From Octopus sinensis (Eukaryota), in NCBI RefSeq assembly GCF_006345805.1, contig NC_043017.1:20150001-20214000 (forward strand): a stretch of 64,000 nucleotides of DNA. Direction: 5' to 3'. Below the pieces are notes generated by a model. It saw only the letters and a program-made list of their open reading frames with translations. It ran no database searches and was not told the DNA's origin. Both the position numbers and the translations under genes were made by a program. Numbering within the stretch: the stretch's first letter is position 1; every line of letters begins with the position of its first letter. Positions 42,448 to 56,666 of the stretch are shown piece after piece.

Positions 42448-43058
42448 TAGTGTTTACCAACCCTTTTTTTTCTTATCTATGGAACCCTTCAATTCCTATT
42501 TTACTCGGGTGGACCCTCACAACCGTTCCATATTTAAGAAATCCTTTTATATTTCAATAATTAAATATTATTAGGAATTGCATTAAAAAAAATTCATTGA
42601 AAGATTTTATGTAAAAATAAAAGGACAAAGATCCTCTTTGGTCATGAATGACCATGGGATTGCACCTAGAAAGTTACCCTCTGAGGCAAGGTTGTTTATG
42701 GAAGACCAGCAGTTGCCCATGCATACCAGCCTCTCCTCTCCATGCCACTAATGTTATCCAAGGGAATGGCAAAGGGACCAATGCAGCCAGGCACCAGTTA
42801 TGTCACAACTCATTTCTACAGCTGAGTGAACTGGATCAATGTGAAATAAAGTGTTTTGCTCAAGAACACAACACACAGCCCAGTCTGGGAATAGAACTCA
42901 CTATCTCATGATTGTGAGTCCAATGCTGTAACCACCGAGCCATGCACTGTCACAAAAGAGATCTAATGCATTGTAGTAATATAACCAATTAAATTTTGAC
43001 AACAAAATCTTACATGAATCCCACCAAGGGTCACATGGACACGGGTTGAGACTCACTG
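42448..43058. mobile_element. hAT-like MITE interrupted by a SINE-C
   Basis: Degenerate TIRs tagtgtttaccaacc / ggttgagactcactg. A related left end, cagtggttctcaacc, is at 13853. Confidence 0.45.
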
Positions 43059-44185
43059 CTCCATGGGTTGATCAACCATTAGAAACGGCTGCCTGGTCTC
43101 CCTCAAAATCATACAGTGGATACTTAAGCTAACATAGAAAGACTGTGCATTTGTTTGATGTGCTTGAAACAGCAGCCAAATCTCCCTCAAATCACATCCT
43201 CCATTCATTCATTTTTGCTGCCTGGGAATATCATGGTGGGGCAAAGTCCTCAAACACCTTCTCCATAGGGTCCAATCTGAAGTGACCATTGTTACCCTCT
43301 CCTGCTGGATTCCTAAGCCTAACCAGCTGAGATTGACTGAAGATATTATCCAACCATCATGTTGTTGGTCTACCCACTTGTCACCTGTCCATTCGAATTG
43401 CCATGAAGAATCCCTCTTGTGGTATATTTCTGAGACATTCTAATCACAAGTCTGTAGTACTGGAGCAATGCCCTTTATGTAGCATCATATGGGCACTTTT
43501 ACATGACGCTGCATAGGTGCTTTTATGTAGATTTTAAAAAATTCATTGCCCAGTCTAGGAATTGAACCCCTGACTTTACAATCTTAACTCTAACACCTTA
43601 AACACTAAGTCATATGCCTTCACAGCTCATAAAGGCAGCACAGGGACAGCATTACAAGTTTTTATGTTTTTTTTTTTTTCTGGATCCTGGGGTTTTTTTT
43701 TAATGCTTAATTTAAACTTTAATCAGTTCCCCAATTGAGGTTTTATTAAAAAGTTCTCATTGAAATAAATATTGTTTCTTTTTTTTTTTTTTTAGTTATC
43801 TTGAAAATGTTTTCTTCAGCCAAAAGCAAGAAATTTCTTTAGCACATTGCGCATTTGCAATCAAAATGCGGAAAACCTCTATAGAAAGAATTTTTAAAAA
43901 AAATACTCCAACAAAAGCAAGGAAAGAAACAAACAAAAAATATATGAAAACAAACGATGAGAATCTCTTTGAATTCCGGGAAAATTTCTTCTGGCAGATC
44001 TTTCTGGAAATTCACAATTGGGAAACTGAGGGCCGTGTGTGTGTGTGTGGGGGGAATTGAAAAACAAAAACAATAACAATCTTTCTTTGCTCCCTTCGTT
44101 ACATCTTTTTTTCTGCAGAAATTAAAAAAGGCCCCTACATTAATGCTTGAGTGTGTGTGTGAGTGTGTGTGTGTGTGTGTGTGTG

Positions 44186-44238
<53 letters not shown>

Positions 44239-46068
44239 TGCGTGTTTGTTTGTGTATGTATCAAAATTAATGGAGTTGTCTATATACGATAATGATTATG
44301 TGATTGAGTATACCTGTGCAACTATGTGAATGCATATATCTATATCATCATCATCATCATCGTTTAACGTCTGCTTTCCTTGCTGGCATGGGTTGGCGGT
44401 GGGTTGACTGAAGACTGGTAAACCAAGGAGCTGCACTGGGTTCCAGTGTGATTGATGTGGTTTCTTCATAAAGCCAACCACTCCAAGAGTGTAGTCAGTG
44501 CATTTTACGTGCCATTGACGTGACGCTGACATCAGCCACGTCTATGGTCACACTTGGCTTAACAGGTCTTCTCAAGCACGATATGTCACCGAAGGTCTCA
44601 GTCACCTGTCGTTGCCTCCATGCAGCCCAATGTTCGAACAATACTTTTTACATGCCAATCAGACAGACCTAGCAAATAAAGTGAGTTTGCAGTCGTAACC
44701 TACACCAGCGTCGCATAACCAGCTCACTCAAAAAGTACCTTGGATCATAGGACAACATGCCGTGCTTGCAGAGACCTATTGAGTCAAGTACATCAAAACC
44801 AAAATCACAATCAAATGGTATTTGTGGTCCCTGTGCTGGTGGCACGTAAAAAGCACCATCTGAATGTGGCTGATGCCAGCCCCCTCTGGCCCCCATGCCA
44901 ATGGCATGGAAATAAAGCACCCACTACGCTCTCGGAGTGGTTGGCGTTAAGAAGGGCATCCAGCTGTAGAAACTCTGCCAGATCAGATAGGAACCTGGTG
45001 CAGCCTCCTGGCTTCCCAGACTCCAGTGGAAATGTCAAACCACTTTTATTTTCATCATCATCATCGTCGACATTGTCGTCGTCATCATCATCATCATCCT
45101 CATCATCATCATAATAAAACTTCAGTATCCTTTTCAACTTCATCAAATACCATCACTACCGCCACCACCACTTCTGCTGCCACCACCACCACCACCACCA
45201 CCACCACCATTGCCACCATCACAACAACCACCACCACCCCCATCGATACAATCTCCACCACCATTGACAGTAGGAGGAGTTAGCTAACGACTCCACAAAC
45301 ACATCCACAGACAGATTTCCCACATGTGTATTAGACATGTACAAGAGCATGTGCAAGGAATGTATGTATGTGTTTGTGACAGTGCAAGTGTGTGTGTGTG
45401 TGTGTGTGTGCATACAAAAGTTTATATGCATGTGCATGTGTGTGTTTGCGTGTGTTTGTGCGTAAGCATGTTTGTTTGTGCGTGTGTGTTTGCATGTGCC
45501 TGTGTGTATGCGTATTTATGCGTGTGTGTGAGCTAGTGCATGTGTGTGTATGTCTGTGTTTGCGTGTGTGTCTGTGAGAGTGTGTTTGTGTCTGTGTATG
45601 TGTGTTTATGTGTGCGTGTATGTGCTTGTGCATGCATGTGTCTGTATCTGTGTGTTTGTTTGTTTGTGTGTGTGTGTGTGTGTGCGAACATGTGCTTTCA
45701 TTTATGTGTGTGTGTGTGTTAGCATGCACATGTGTGAGTGTAAGCCTGTTATTTGGTAAAGAATAAGCTAAGCCGGCGCTAATACTATTTAACACTGGAA
45801 GAGATCTGTTAGAACAGATAAGATTGACATTTCTACAAAGAAGAATCTCCCCGTTGGAACTAAACGTCTGTCTAGCAGACATTCCAAGCCATTTGCACCA
45901 TTTATCCTCATCATATCTTCAGAAACAGAACCAAATTTCATTAGAACTGTGATAAATTCTTCAAACTACATCTTGAAGGACACCAGCAAATTAGGTTATG
46001 GTAACTCATCTGGTGATCGGCGCGGAGAACAAAATAAAAAAAGAAGAACAGGAAGAAAATAATATAGA

Positions 46069-46100
<32 letters not shown>

Positions 46101-46458
46101 ATGGCTTAATCTCTTTGGGGACGATTCTAATGTGATTTTTCTGATATCTGTGATGTTATCAGAAATAATTGTGGATATGTGGTTGATTGATGGTTACATG
46201 GAACGGAAGCATAGTAAATGAGTTTACTTCTCAACCATGGGTTGTAAGGAAGTGGCTTCTTCTGAGAAGGAAAACCTCCTATGGTGACAGATCATAGACT
46301 TTTGCAGATAGATAGATCTATGTATATGTCTGTCTGTCTGTCTGTCTATCTGACTGTGTCTCTATCTATCTATCTATCTATCAATCTATCAATATCGCTC
46401 TCTCTCTCTCTTTCTCTCTATCTATCTATCTATCCACCCATCCATTCATCCATCTTTA

Positions 46459-46498
<40 letters not shown>

Positions 46499-46566
46499 CC
46501 CATCCATCCACCTTTCTCTATCTATCTACTCATCCATCCATCCATCCATCCATCTATCTTTATCTA

Positions 46567-46617
<51 letters not shown>

Positions 46618-46646
46618 GTCTATCTATCTGTATGTCTGTCTATCTG

Positions 46647-46691
<45 letters not shown>

Positions 46692-46799
46692 CCATCCATC
46701 CATCTTTCTCTATCTATCCCCCCTCTCTCTCTATTTATCTATCTATCTACTCATCCATCCATCCATCCATCCATCTATCCATCCATCTTTATCAATCTA

Positions 46800-46859
<60 letters not shown>

Positions 46860-47139
46860 TCTATCTGTCTATCAATCTGTATGTCTGTCTATCTGTTTCT
46901 CTCTCTCTCTATATATATATATATATAAGGGTTAATAAATCTATTTTGTAATCTCATATTTCCTGGTTCCATCCTACTGTCCCACTGTGTGGCACGATAC
47001 CTTGCATAAGTGACTTCTACAATTATTGTGAATCGACCAAGTGCCTTATCACTGAATAATTTCATAGAGAGAAACTGAAAGACACCTGTCATGTGTGTGT
47101 GTGTGTCTGTGCGTGTGTGTGTAAAGTCACGTGGTTTAT

Positions 47140-47352
47140 CCCTTCAGTATTCAGATTTCTCTGTCAAATATCATTCACATTGATAAAAATTATTCAAGCT
47201 TTATCTTGTAGATTTTTGAGATTTCCATAATGAGCTATTTTCGTTTTTGGATTAATACTGTAGGGTAAACGTGAGAGGCCAGATCTGGTTAGCTTGGAGA
47301 TAAAACAGGTAAATTATTTTGACTGGATATGGCTGGGTTAAATGCTAAAGGA
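47140..47352. mobile_element. piggyBac-like MITE (degenerate)
   Basis: cccttcagtattca ... aatgctaaagga termini with TTAA-like flanks (ttat / ttag). Confidence 0.35.
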
Positions 47353-47847
47353 TTAGCAGCTATGGGGTTGCAGTCATGACCACGAGATTGTGGTTTCAGT
47401 TCATGGACCAGGTGTTGTGCTTGTGAGCAAAACATCTTATTTCATGCGGGTCCAGTGGACTGACCTGGCAAAAATGAGTGAACCTGTGATGAACTGGTTT
47501 CCCATCCCATAGGGAATATATATGCCACAAAACCTGGGCGACTGGACATTTAGGCCTTTGGCTTGGAAAGGACCTTTGATCCTTTTATATACACATGTGT
47601 GTGTGTGCATGTGTGTGTATGTGTTTATATATTTCTTTTACATGTTTTTGGTATTTGACTGTGGCCAAGCTGGAGCACCAACTTTAGTCGAACAAATCGA
47701 TCCAAGGATCTATGCTTTGTAAGCCTAGTACTTATTTTGCCATTCTCTTTTGCTGAACCACTAAGTTTCAGGGAAATAAACACACTAACATCGGTTGTCA
47801 AGCAATACTGGGGGGGGGGGACAAACACATCAATACATACCTATATA

Positions 47848-47896
<49 letters not shown>

Positions 47897-48203
47897 TAGA
47901 TAGATAGATAGATAGATAGATGATAGATAGATAGATATATAGATAGATAGATAGATATGAATACACGATGGGCTTGTTTCAGTTTCTGTCTACCAAATCT
48001 ACTCACAAAGCTTTAGGTAGCCCAGGGCTATAGCAGAAGACACTTGCCATACATTGAAGATTCTTCAAGGCAGTGCTCCAGCATGGCCACAGTCTAATGA
48101 CTGAAACAAGTAAAAGACAAAATATGTGTTTTATATGTTTACATATTATACTAATATATGTTTATGTGTGCATGGATGTAAGTATGAACAAAATATCTAT
48201 GAT

Positions 48204-48238
<35 letters not shown>

Positions 48239-48390
48239 ATGTATGCATGTGTATATATGTACGTATGTATGTATATATATATACATACATACATATATGT
48301 ATTTATGTATATATACATATATGTATATATGTGTATGTATGTATATATGTGTATGTATGTATTTATGTAAGTGTGTATATATATATATAT

Positions 48391-48426
<36 letters not shown>

Positions 48427-48482
48427 TATATGTATATATGTGTATGTATGTATATATGTGTATGTATGTATATATGTGTATG

Positions 48483-48557
<75 letters not shown>

Positions 48558-49109
48558 ATTTGTGTGCATGTATGTGTATGTATGCGTGAGTGTATACATA
48601 AATATACATATTCGGCTGACACAGCAGAGGCACTAAACGTAACTTTCCCATTTCACATTTCTCGACAGAAAACATACTCAAAGAACTGTATATATCCTCC
48701 ATATACACAGACATATGTTCCTGCCGCAAGGTATTTATGCTGTGCAGTTACCTGTTTGGAAGACAAACACCCTAACCAGTTCCTTGGGGGCCCCACGTCA
48801 TACCACAACCCCTACCTAACTAATAATAAATTTTCACAAATCAAAACAGAGACTGCTGCCTAAATAATACTGCACACCTACCAACCATGCCACAGCAGCA
48901 TCAGTCTTCATATCTTGCATAACAGAGGATGAGGTTCTTAAGTCTCATTAATATCAGCAGTAATGAGCAAACGAACAGTAAATGAAGAAAAAAATGCAAG
49001 AGCTTCACACTCTGTGTTCTACCTTCAGTAAATCCATCCTCAAGTTCTGGTTTCTTTTAGATTCTAATGACTTTGACAGGGAAGCTGTCTTCATTGTTAA
49101 TTTTATATA

Positions 49110-49512
49110 CTCTTTTACTCTTTACTCTTTTACTTGTTTCAGTCATTTGACTGCGGCAATGCTGGAGCACCGCCTTTAATCGAGCAACTCAACCCCGGGA
49201 CTTATTCTTTTGTAAGCCCAGTACTTATTCTATCGGCCTCTTTTTGCCAAACCGCTAAGTAACGGGGACATAAACACACCAGCATCGGTTGTCAAGCAAT
49301 GCTAGGGGGACAAACACATACACGCATATATATATATACATATATACGACGGGCTTCTTTCAGTTTCCGTCTACCAAATCCACTCACAAGGCATTGGTCG
49401 GCCCGAGGCTATAGTAGAAGACACTTGCCCAAGGTGCCATGCAGTGGGACTGAACCCGGAACCATGTGGTTTGTAAACAAGCTACTTACCACATAGCCAC
49501 TCCTGCGCCTAT
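49110..49512 (-). mobile_element. SINE family A, near full length
   Basis: Reverse complement of the 50558-50965 copy at high identity. Confidence 0.85.
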
Positions 49513-49719
49513 ATATTTCATTCTTTTATTTGATTCGGTCATTGACTGTGGCCAAGCTGGGGCACTGCCTTGAGTTTTAGCCTGAAAAATCAACTCCAGT
49601 ACTTACATGTCTCTTTTTTTAAAAAAAAAGTCTGTTACTCATTCTTTTGGTCTCTTTTGCTGAAGTACTAATTTATGGGGATGTAAACAAACCAACACTA
49701 GTTGTTAAGCAGTGTATGC

Positions 49720-49769
<50 letters not shown>

Positions 49770-49815
49770 TTAGCTCCTACATGCATTTTTTTCTCTCCTT
49801 GTTTTTTTCTGTGTA

Positions 49816-49853
49816 TCTTTCTGTCGAAGAGCGTAGGCTCGAAATGTAAAAGA
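49816..49853 (+). ncRNA. Degenerate minimal hammerhead-like motif
   Basis: UCUUU-CUGUCGA-A-GAGC-GUAG-GCUC-GAAAU-GUA-AAAGA: perfect 5-bp stem I, 4-bp stem II, GAAA box and GUA; the core deviates (CUGUCGA). Lies in a ~170-bp island (49769-49945) inside (TA)n. Confidence 0.5.
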
Positions 49854-49962
49854 CTTTTTCTATTCCTGAGCACTATACTAATACATCTGTTTGTTTGTAC
49901 ACCACCTGCCTTCGTCTTTTGTTTATTTTTGTAAACTTTCCCTTTATATATATATATATGTA

Positions 49963-49993
<31 letters not shown>

Positions 49994-50526
49994 GAAGAGA
50001 GAGAGAGAGAAAAAAGATAGGTAATTAAGTAGATAGATAGACATACAATAAATAGACAGACTGTCAGACAGATAGGAAAATAGACAGAGAGATATAGAGA
50101 AAGAAGTACAGATAGATACAGATGGATAGATAGATAGATGGACGTTTACGTAGAGACAGACTCATAGTTACAGGTAGGCAAGCAGATAGACAGGTAGATA
50201 AACAGTGAGCACCTTCCCAGTTTTCCCTTCCCCCCACGTGCTTAAATTTCATGCCCAAGGCTTTAGGCATTATGTCCAAGTGTACGAATGTATTCTGTAC
50301 GTGCTCAACCTATCTTGATGTGCATCATACAGCGATGAAACATTATCTGATGATATAAAACTCAATCTGAAATAATGTCACCAAATAAATATATTTTATA
50401 TCGTTGAAAGGTGACAGGTACTAATATAAGTTTTCCTCTTTTCTGGCTCCAGGTAAATAAACTCAAATACAGGTCATACATATGCATAAACACACATACA
50501 AGCACACTAATATACTTACATATATA

Positions 50527-50557
<31 letters not shown>

Positions 50558-50559
<2 letters not shown>

Positions 50560-50965
50560 GGCGCAGGAGTGGCTGTGTGGTAAGTAGCTTGTTTACCAGC
50601 CACATGGTTCCGGGTTCAGTCCCATTGCGTGGCATCTTGGGCAAGTGTCTTCTACTATAGCCTTGGGCTGACCAAAGCCTTGTGAGTGGATTTGGTAGAC
50701 GGAAACTGAAAGAAGCCCGTCGTATATATGTATATATACATATGTGTGTGTGTGTTTGTGTGTCTGTGTTTGTCCCCCTAGCATTGCTTGACAAACGATG
50801 CTGGTGTGTTTATGTCCCCGTTACTTAGCAGTTCGGCAAAAGAGACCGATAGAATAAGTACTGGGCTTACAAAGAATAAGTCCCGGGGTCGATTTGCTTG
50901 ACTAAAGGCGGTATTCCGGCATGGCTGCAGTCAAATGACTGAAACAAGTAAAAGAGTAAAAGAAT
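50558..50965 (+). mobile_element. tRNA-derived SINE family A, near full length
   Basis: Box A tggctgtgtggt, box B gggttcagtccc, CORE-like cttgggcaagtgtctt, internal TA/TG tract, tail catggctgcagtcaaatgactgaaacaag(taaaagag)n. Confidence 0.85.
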
Positions 50966-51276
50966 ATATGTATACATACACACACACACTCTCTCTCACA
51001 CACACACACACATGCACACACAGAGATATGCATGTATATATGCATTTTTGTTTACTTGTTTCAGTCATTAGACTGTGGCCATGCTGGTGCAGCACCTTCA
51101 AGAATTTCAATTGAATGAATCAACCCAGTGCTTTTATAAGCCTGGTACTTACACCACTGGTCTCTTTTGCTGAACTGCTAAGTTACAGGGACATAAACAC
51201 ACCAACACCTGTTATCAAGCCATGATGGGGGAGAAACATAAACACAAAGAAACACATCCATTCACACACACACGAA

Positions 51277-51650
51277 TGTGTGGTAAGTAGCTTGCTTACC
51301 AACCACATGGTTCCGGGTTCAGTCCCACTGTGTGGTGCATTGGGCATGTCTTCAACTATAGCCTTGGGCCGACCAATGCCTTGTGAGTGGATTTGGTAGA
51401 TGGAAACTGAAAGAAGCCCGTCATATATATATTCATATATATGTGTGTATGTGTCTGTGTTTGTCCCCACCAACATTGCTTGACAACCGATGCTGGTGTG
51501 TTTATGTCCCTGTAACCTAGCGGTTCGGCAGAAGAAACCGTTAGAATAAGTACTGGGCTTACAAAGAATAAGAGCTAGGGTCGACTTGCCCAACTAAAGG
51601 TGGTGCTCTAGCATGGCCACAGTCAAATGACTGAAACCAGTAAAAGAATA
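51277..51650 (+). mobile_element. SINE family A
   Basis: Head to tail matches 50558-50965. Confidence 0.8.
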
Positions 51651-52222
51651 TATATATATATACACGATGGGCTTCTTTCAGATTCTGCTTAGCTAATCTC
51701 ATCAGAAAGCTTTGGTTGGCCCGAGATACTTGCTGAAGGAAAGAAAAAAGTTAGAATTCCTTTATTCTATTTTTCCCTTTTTATTTCAAGTTTTTCCAAC
51801 GTTGTTTGATTTAACATAAAAATGTATTTTTTTACACTAGTATTTATATTTTTCTTTTTTCATTTTTTTAACTCTATGAAATTTGAATAAAATTTTATCT
51901 CATTTCAGAAATATTACAATGGAATACCAAGTAGGGGAGAGAAAAATTGATCAAATTTATTTGACAATCTAACGAATGTGAGTGTTTGAGGTGACTGCAA
52001 TGTACCCAGATAAGGGACAGTTCAAAGAAGGAGCAGAATGAAGCTTTTAACAAACTATGACCTTTCATACTGCAAAATATACAGGGTGGCTGTGTGTGTT
52101 TGTATGTGTGTGTGTGTGTGTGCGCCTTTATCCCCACTATTGCCCGACAACCAGAGTTCATTTGTTAACATCCTCGTAACCTAGCAATTCAGCAAAAGTA
52201 ATCGATAAAACAAGTACCGGGC

Positions 52223-52641
52223 AGATCTTTTCGGTTTGAACGGCAGTTTTTAACACAATTTCTAGGTAACTAAAAAATTTTAAACTTCATATACTGGTAG
52301 AATGTGTTTATAAAATATCTTTTTTGCTTGGCTTTATTGAGAAAATTCTATAGTTTGTAAGATATTTGTTGTTTTTTTTTCTTCAATTTCTGCAATTTCA
52401 ACCAATCACTGACGTCTATTGAGTTAAAAAGCATTCTGTGCCGTATGAATATATCCCTCATTTAAGAAACAGATTGGGTTTATTTACATTTGTGAAGAAA
52501 AAAAAGATACCCTTCCCCCACCTCTAACCCTAACCCTAAAACAGATTGAAATGCAATAGATCGATTCTAGGGTCATAATTACGGGTGACAATTTCATATG
52601 ACACCGCTAGAAAAAAAACACTGTTCAAACCGAAAAAATCC
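52223..52641. mobile_element. MITE (Merlin-like?) nested in a SINE-A tail
   Basis: TIRs agatcttttcggtttgaac.gcagttttt / aaaaaacactgttcaaaccgaaaaaatcc, imperfect 8-9-bp TSD (taccgggc / taaccgggc), internal ctaaccctaacccta. Confidence 0.65.
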
Positions 52642-53055
52642 TAACCGGGCTTAAAAAAAGATCCTAAGAAAAAGTACTTGGTTTGATTTGTTCAACTAAA
52701 ACCCTTCAAAATGGCACCACAGAATGGTCGCAGTCCAATGAGTGAAACCAGCAGAAGATATAATAACATATATAAACACCATAAAAAGTAAACATAATGA
52801 AGAGAGAGCATCCTCAGACATATTTCTGCTCAGCTTCTTTCATACATTGCTCTACTCTACTTACAGATAAATATCTTTTCCGGAATTTATCTTTTGCCAA
52901 AATATTTCTTCCTCTTCATGAAAGGAAAGTAATGATGCAATACCATAAACACTCACGTTCACTATACATACATACATACATACATGTATATACGCATACA
53001 CACACACTTACATACATACATACATAAATACATGCCTACGTACATACATACATAT

Positions 53056-53088
<33 letters not shown>

Positions 53089-53398
53089 TGTACACACACA
53101 CAAACATACATACACACACACATAGAACCATGCATGCTCATACCTGCATACACACTCACACATATATACATATATAAACCCATCTATTACTATATGAAAC
53201 CTGTGTAATGGATATATAAGCATATACATACACATATGTATATATATGTGTATATACATACATACATTATATATATATATATATCGATATATATATATAT
53301 ATATGTATGTATTTTATATATGTTTATATACATACATATTCACTATATATACATATGTGCATGTGTGTGCATTTATACGTATTCATCATATGTATAAG

Positions 53399-53451
<53 letters not shown>

Positions 53452-53454
53452 CAA

Positions 53455-53651
53455 TACATATATGTATGGAAGGTTATGCATAGGTGTGTGTGCACATTTG
53501 TGTATGTATGTATGTATGTATGTATGTATGTATGTATGTATGTATGTTTAGAATTGATGTGTACATCCTGCCTGTATGCATATGATTTGAATGCTACATT
53601 CCAGATAAAGAACAGAAGTTTGTGTATTGTTGGTTGGGTACAGAAGAGAGA

Positions 53652-53687
<36 letters not shown>

Positions 53688-54581
53688 GTAAACGAAAGAA
53701 GCAAGAAAAAAAAAATAAAGCCGGGTGGGTGGGTGTGTTGGGTGGATGCATAAGAAATATGATTTAACCTTAATAAAAAATATAAAAATCTTTAAACAGG
53801 AAATATGGTATAAAAAGGTAGGAGTAGGAGCATGGTTGGTGGATGATGGGGGAGGAGAGAACAGGGGGCAGAATTTACAGAATTTTCATAAATTCCAAAT
53901 TCATACATATATACATATGTTTATATATATATATTATTTTATTTTATTTTATCTAGTTTCAGCTCACGAGCTGTGGCCATGCTGGGGCATATATGTATAA
54001 TATAATATATATATTTATATATAGTGAAAAAGAGAGTGTTGTGTGAGAGAGAGAGTGAATAGAACAGAGGGAGAGAGAGAACTCATACAAGTACATAGTA
54101 GTTGCTACATGTGGGTGTATATGCATATATTATGTGTGTGTACACGTACACACATATATATACATACATACATGCATGTCTGGCTGAAGACTAGCATCAC
54201 ACTTGAAACTCAAGAGTACCAACGAATTTGAATCGGTTCTGTTTGATCCATATGTAATACACACCACACACACCCCACATATCTATATATGTATATAAAT
54301 TTGATGACTGTTCAGATGATAAACGTGTCACTGAGGGAGACGTCTGTACATCAGTGGATTTAAGTGACCACACTTTTGCCACTCTCTCGGTCACCATAGC
54401 ATATTCCGGTGGCCAGATTGCAAAATTACCAGTACTGTCTTGACTGCAAGTTTTACATAAGAGTCTCCTTCTCCCCAAAGAATTGCCTTCCCTATAGTTT
54501 TGGCAAAGAATAATGGGAGCCATCTCTGTTCCTGGGAAATCTTGCAGTACTGTGACAGTTCCTTCAGTTTCAGGTAGAATA

Positions 54582-54624
<43 letters not shown>

Positions 54625-55041
54625 TCAAGATCCTGGATCTAAGCTTTGCTTCAAATAAACTCTGCCTTCATCAGTTGAATATATCAGATGGGCACATAAA
54701 TACAAATATATATATAACAGAACACATGTTATACTTGTGCATATATGTAATGTATGGACGTTCGATATGTAAGTATAACATTGTGTTCTATATATATATT
54801 ATATATATAATATATTATATATATATATTATATATACATACATATATGTATGTAAGGTTATGCATATGTGTGTGTGCACATTTGTGTATGTATGTATGTA
54901 TGTATGTATGTATGTATGTATGTATGTATGTTTATTTAGAATTGATGTGTACATCCTGCCTGTATGCATATGATTTGAATGCTACATTCCAGAATAAAAG
55001 AACAGAAGTTTGTGTATTGTTGGTTGGGTACAGAAGAGAGA

Positions 55042-55078
<37 letters not shown>

Positions 55079-55373
55079 GTAAACGAAAGAAGCAAGAAAA
55101 AAAAAATAAAGCCGGGTGGGTGGGTGTGTTGGGTGGATGCATAAGAAATATGATTTAACCTTAATAAAAAATATAAAAATCTTTAAACAGGAAAATGGTA
55201 TAAAAGGTAGGAGTAGGAGCATGGTTGTGGATGATGGGGGAGGAGAGAACAGGGGCAGAATTTACAGAATTTTCATAAATTCCAAATTCATACATATACA
55301 TATGTTTATAATATTAATTATTTTATTTTATTTTATCTAGTTTCAGCTCACGAGCTGTGGCCATGCTGGGGCA

Positions 55374-55404
<31 letters not shown>

Positions 55405-55991
55405 ATAGTGAAAAAGAGAGTGTTTGTGTGAGAGAGAGAGAGTGAAATAGAGACAGAGGGAGAGAGAGACTCATACAAGTACATAGTAGTTGCTACATGT
55501 GGGTGTATATGCATATATATGTGTGTGTGTGTGAGTGTGTATGAGTGTGTGTATACACGTACACACATATATATATACATACATACATGCATGTCTGGCT
55601 GAAGACTAGCATCACACTTGAAACTCAAGAGTACCAACGAATTTGAATCGGTCTGTTTTTGATCCATATGTAATACACACACACACACACATATCTATAT
55701 ATGTATATAAATTTGATGACTGTTGCAGATGATAACCGTGTCACTGAGGAGACGTCTGTACATCAGGTGATTTAAGTGACCAACTTTTGCCACTCTCTCG
55801 TCACCATAGCATATTCCGGTGGCCAGATTGCAAAATTACCAGTACTGTCTTGACTGCAAGTTTTACATAAGAGTCTCCTTCTCCCCAAAGAATTGCCTTC
55901 CCTATAGTTTTGGCAAAGAATAATGGGAGCCATCTCTGTTCCTGGGAAATCTGCAGTACTGTGACAGGTTCCTTCAGTTTCAGGTAGAATA

Positions 55992-56033
<42 letters not shown>

Positions 56034-56199
56034 ATTCAAGATCCTGGATTTCTAGCTTTGCTTCAAATAAACTCTGCCTTCATCAGTTGAATATATCAGA
56101 TGGGCACATAAATACAAATATATATATACAGAAACCATGTTATACTTGTGCATATATATGTATGTATGGACGTTCGTATATGTAAGTATAACATGTGTT

Positions 56200-56205
<6 letters not shown>
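53455..56205. repeat. ~1.4-kb tandem duplication (about 53455-54840 and 54840-56205)
   Basis: Unique blocks recur, e.g. gtacatcctgcctgtatgca at 53561 and 54949, and ccggtggccagattg at 54406 and 55816. Differences are mostly 1-nt indels. Confidence 0.9.
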
Positions 56206-56246
<41 letters not shown>

Positions 56247-56425
56247 ATAATAATATTAGGGAATAAATCCAAATTTACAGGGAAAAAAATCAGATTTAGG
56301 ATTAAATCCAATTTTATAGTAAAATATTATATAATATTAATTCGAGACAAAACCACTATTTTGCAAAACAAACAAGGAAAGACTTAATCAATACATAAAA
56401 ATTTTTAATATAAAGAAATAAACCG

Positions 56426-56468
56426 CCACTACAATCGTTTCATGTCTTCAATGACATTCGTCAGGTGG
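56426..56468 (-). ncRNA. Minimal type-I hammerhead ribozyme (intact core)
   Basis: Minus strand reads CCAC-CUGACGA-AUGUC-AUUGAA-GACAU-GAAAC-GAUU-GUA-GUGG: stem I CCAC/GUGG, CUGANGA box, 5-bp stem II, GAAA box, 2-bp stem III, GUA cleavage triplet. Confidence 0.8.
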
Positions 56469-56539
56469 ATTTTCGATCTCCTAATCTGTTTTAATTTATG
56501 AAGACTTCATAAATTGAAACAGATTAGGAGATCGAAAAT

Positions 56540-56581
56540 CCACCTGACGAATGTCATTGAAGACATGAACGATTGTAGTGG
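56540..56581 (+). ncRNA. Inverted second copy of the hammerhead; GAAAC box reads GAAC (1-nt deletion)
   Basis: ccacctgacgaatgtcattgaagacatgaacgattgtagtgg, identical to the minus-strand copy except for one missing A. Confidence 0.65.
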
Positions 56582-56666
56582 CGGTTTATTTCTTTATATT
56601 AAAATTTTTTATGTATTGATTAAGTCTTTCCTTGTTTGTTTTGCAAAATAGTGGTTTTGTCTCGAA

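Noticed and set aside
50340-50420. ctgatga...gaaa hammerhead candidate (also 17508-17550)
   Set aside because: No valid stem I/III or GUH site adjacent to the boxes.
50558-50640. tRNA genes at box A/box B motifs
   Set aside because: They are SINE heads continuing into SINE bodies; no complete cloverleaf.
52524-52538. Telomeric (TAACCC)n
   Set aside because: Only about two units, internal to a MITE.
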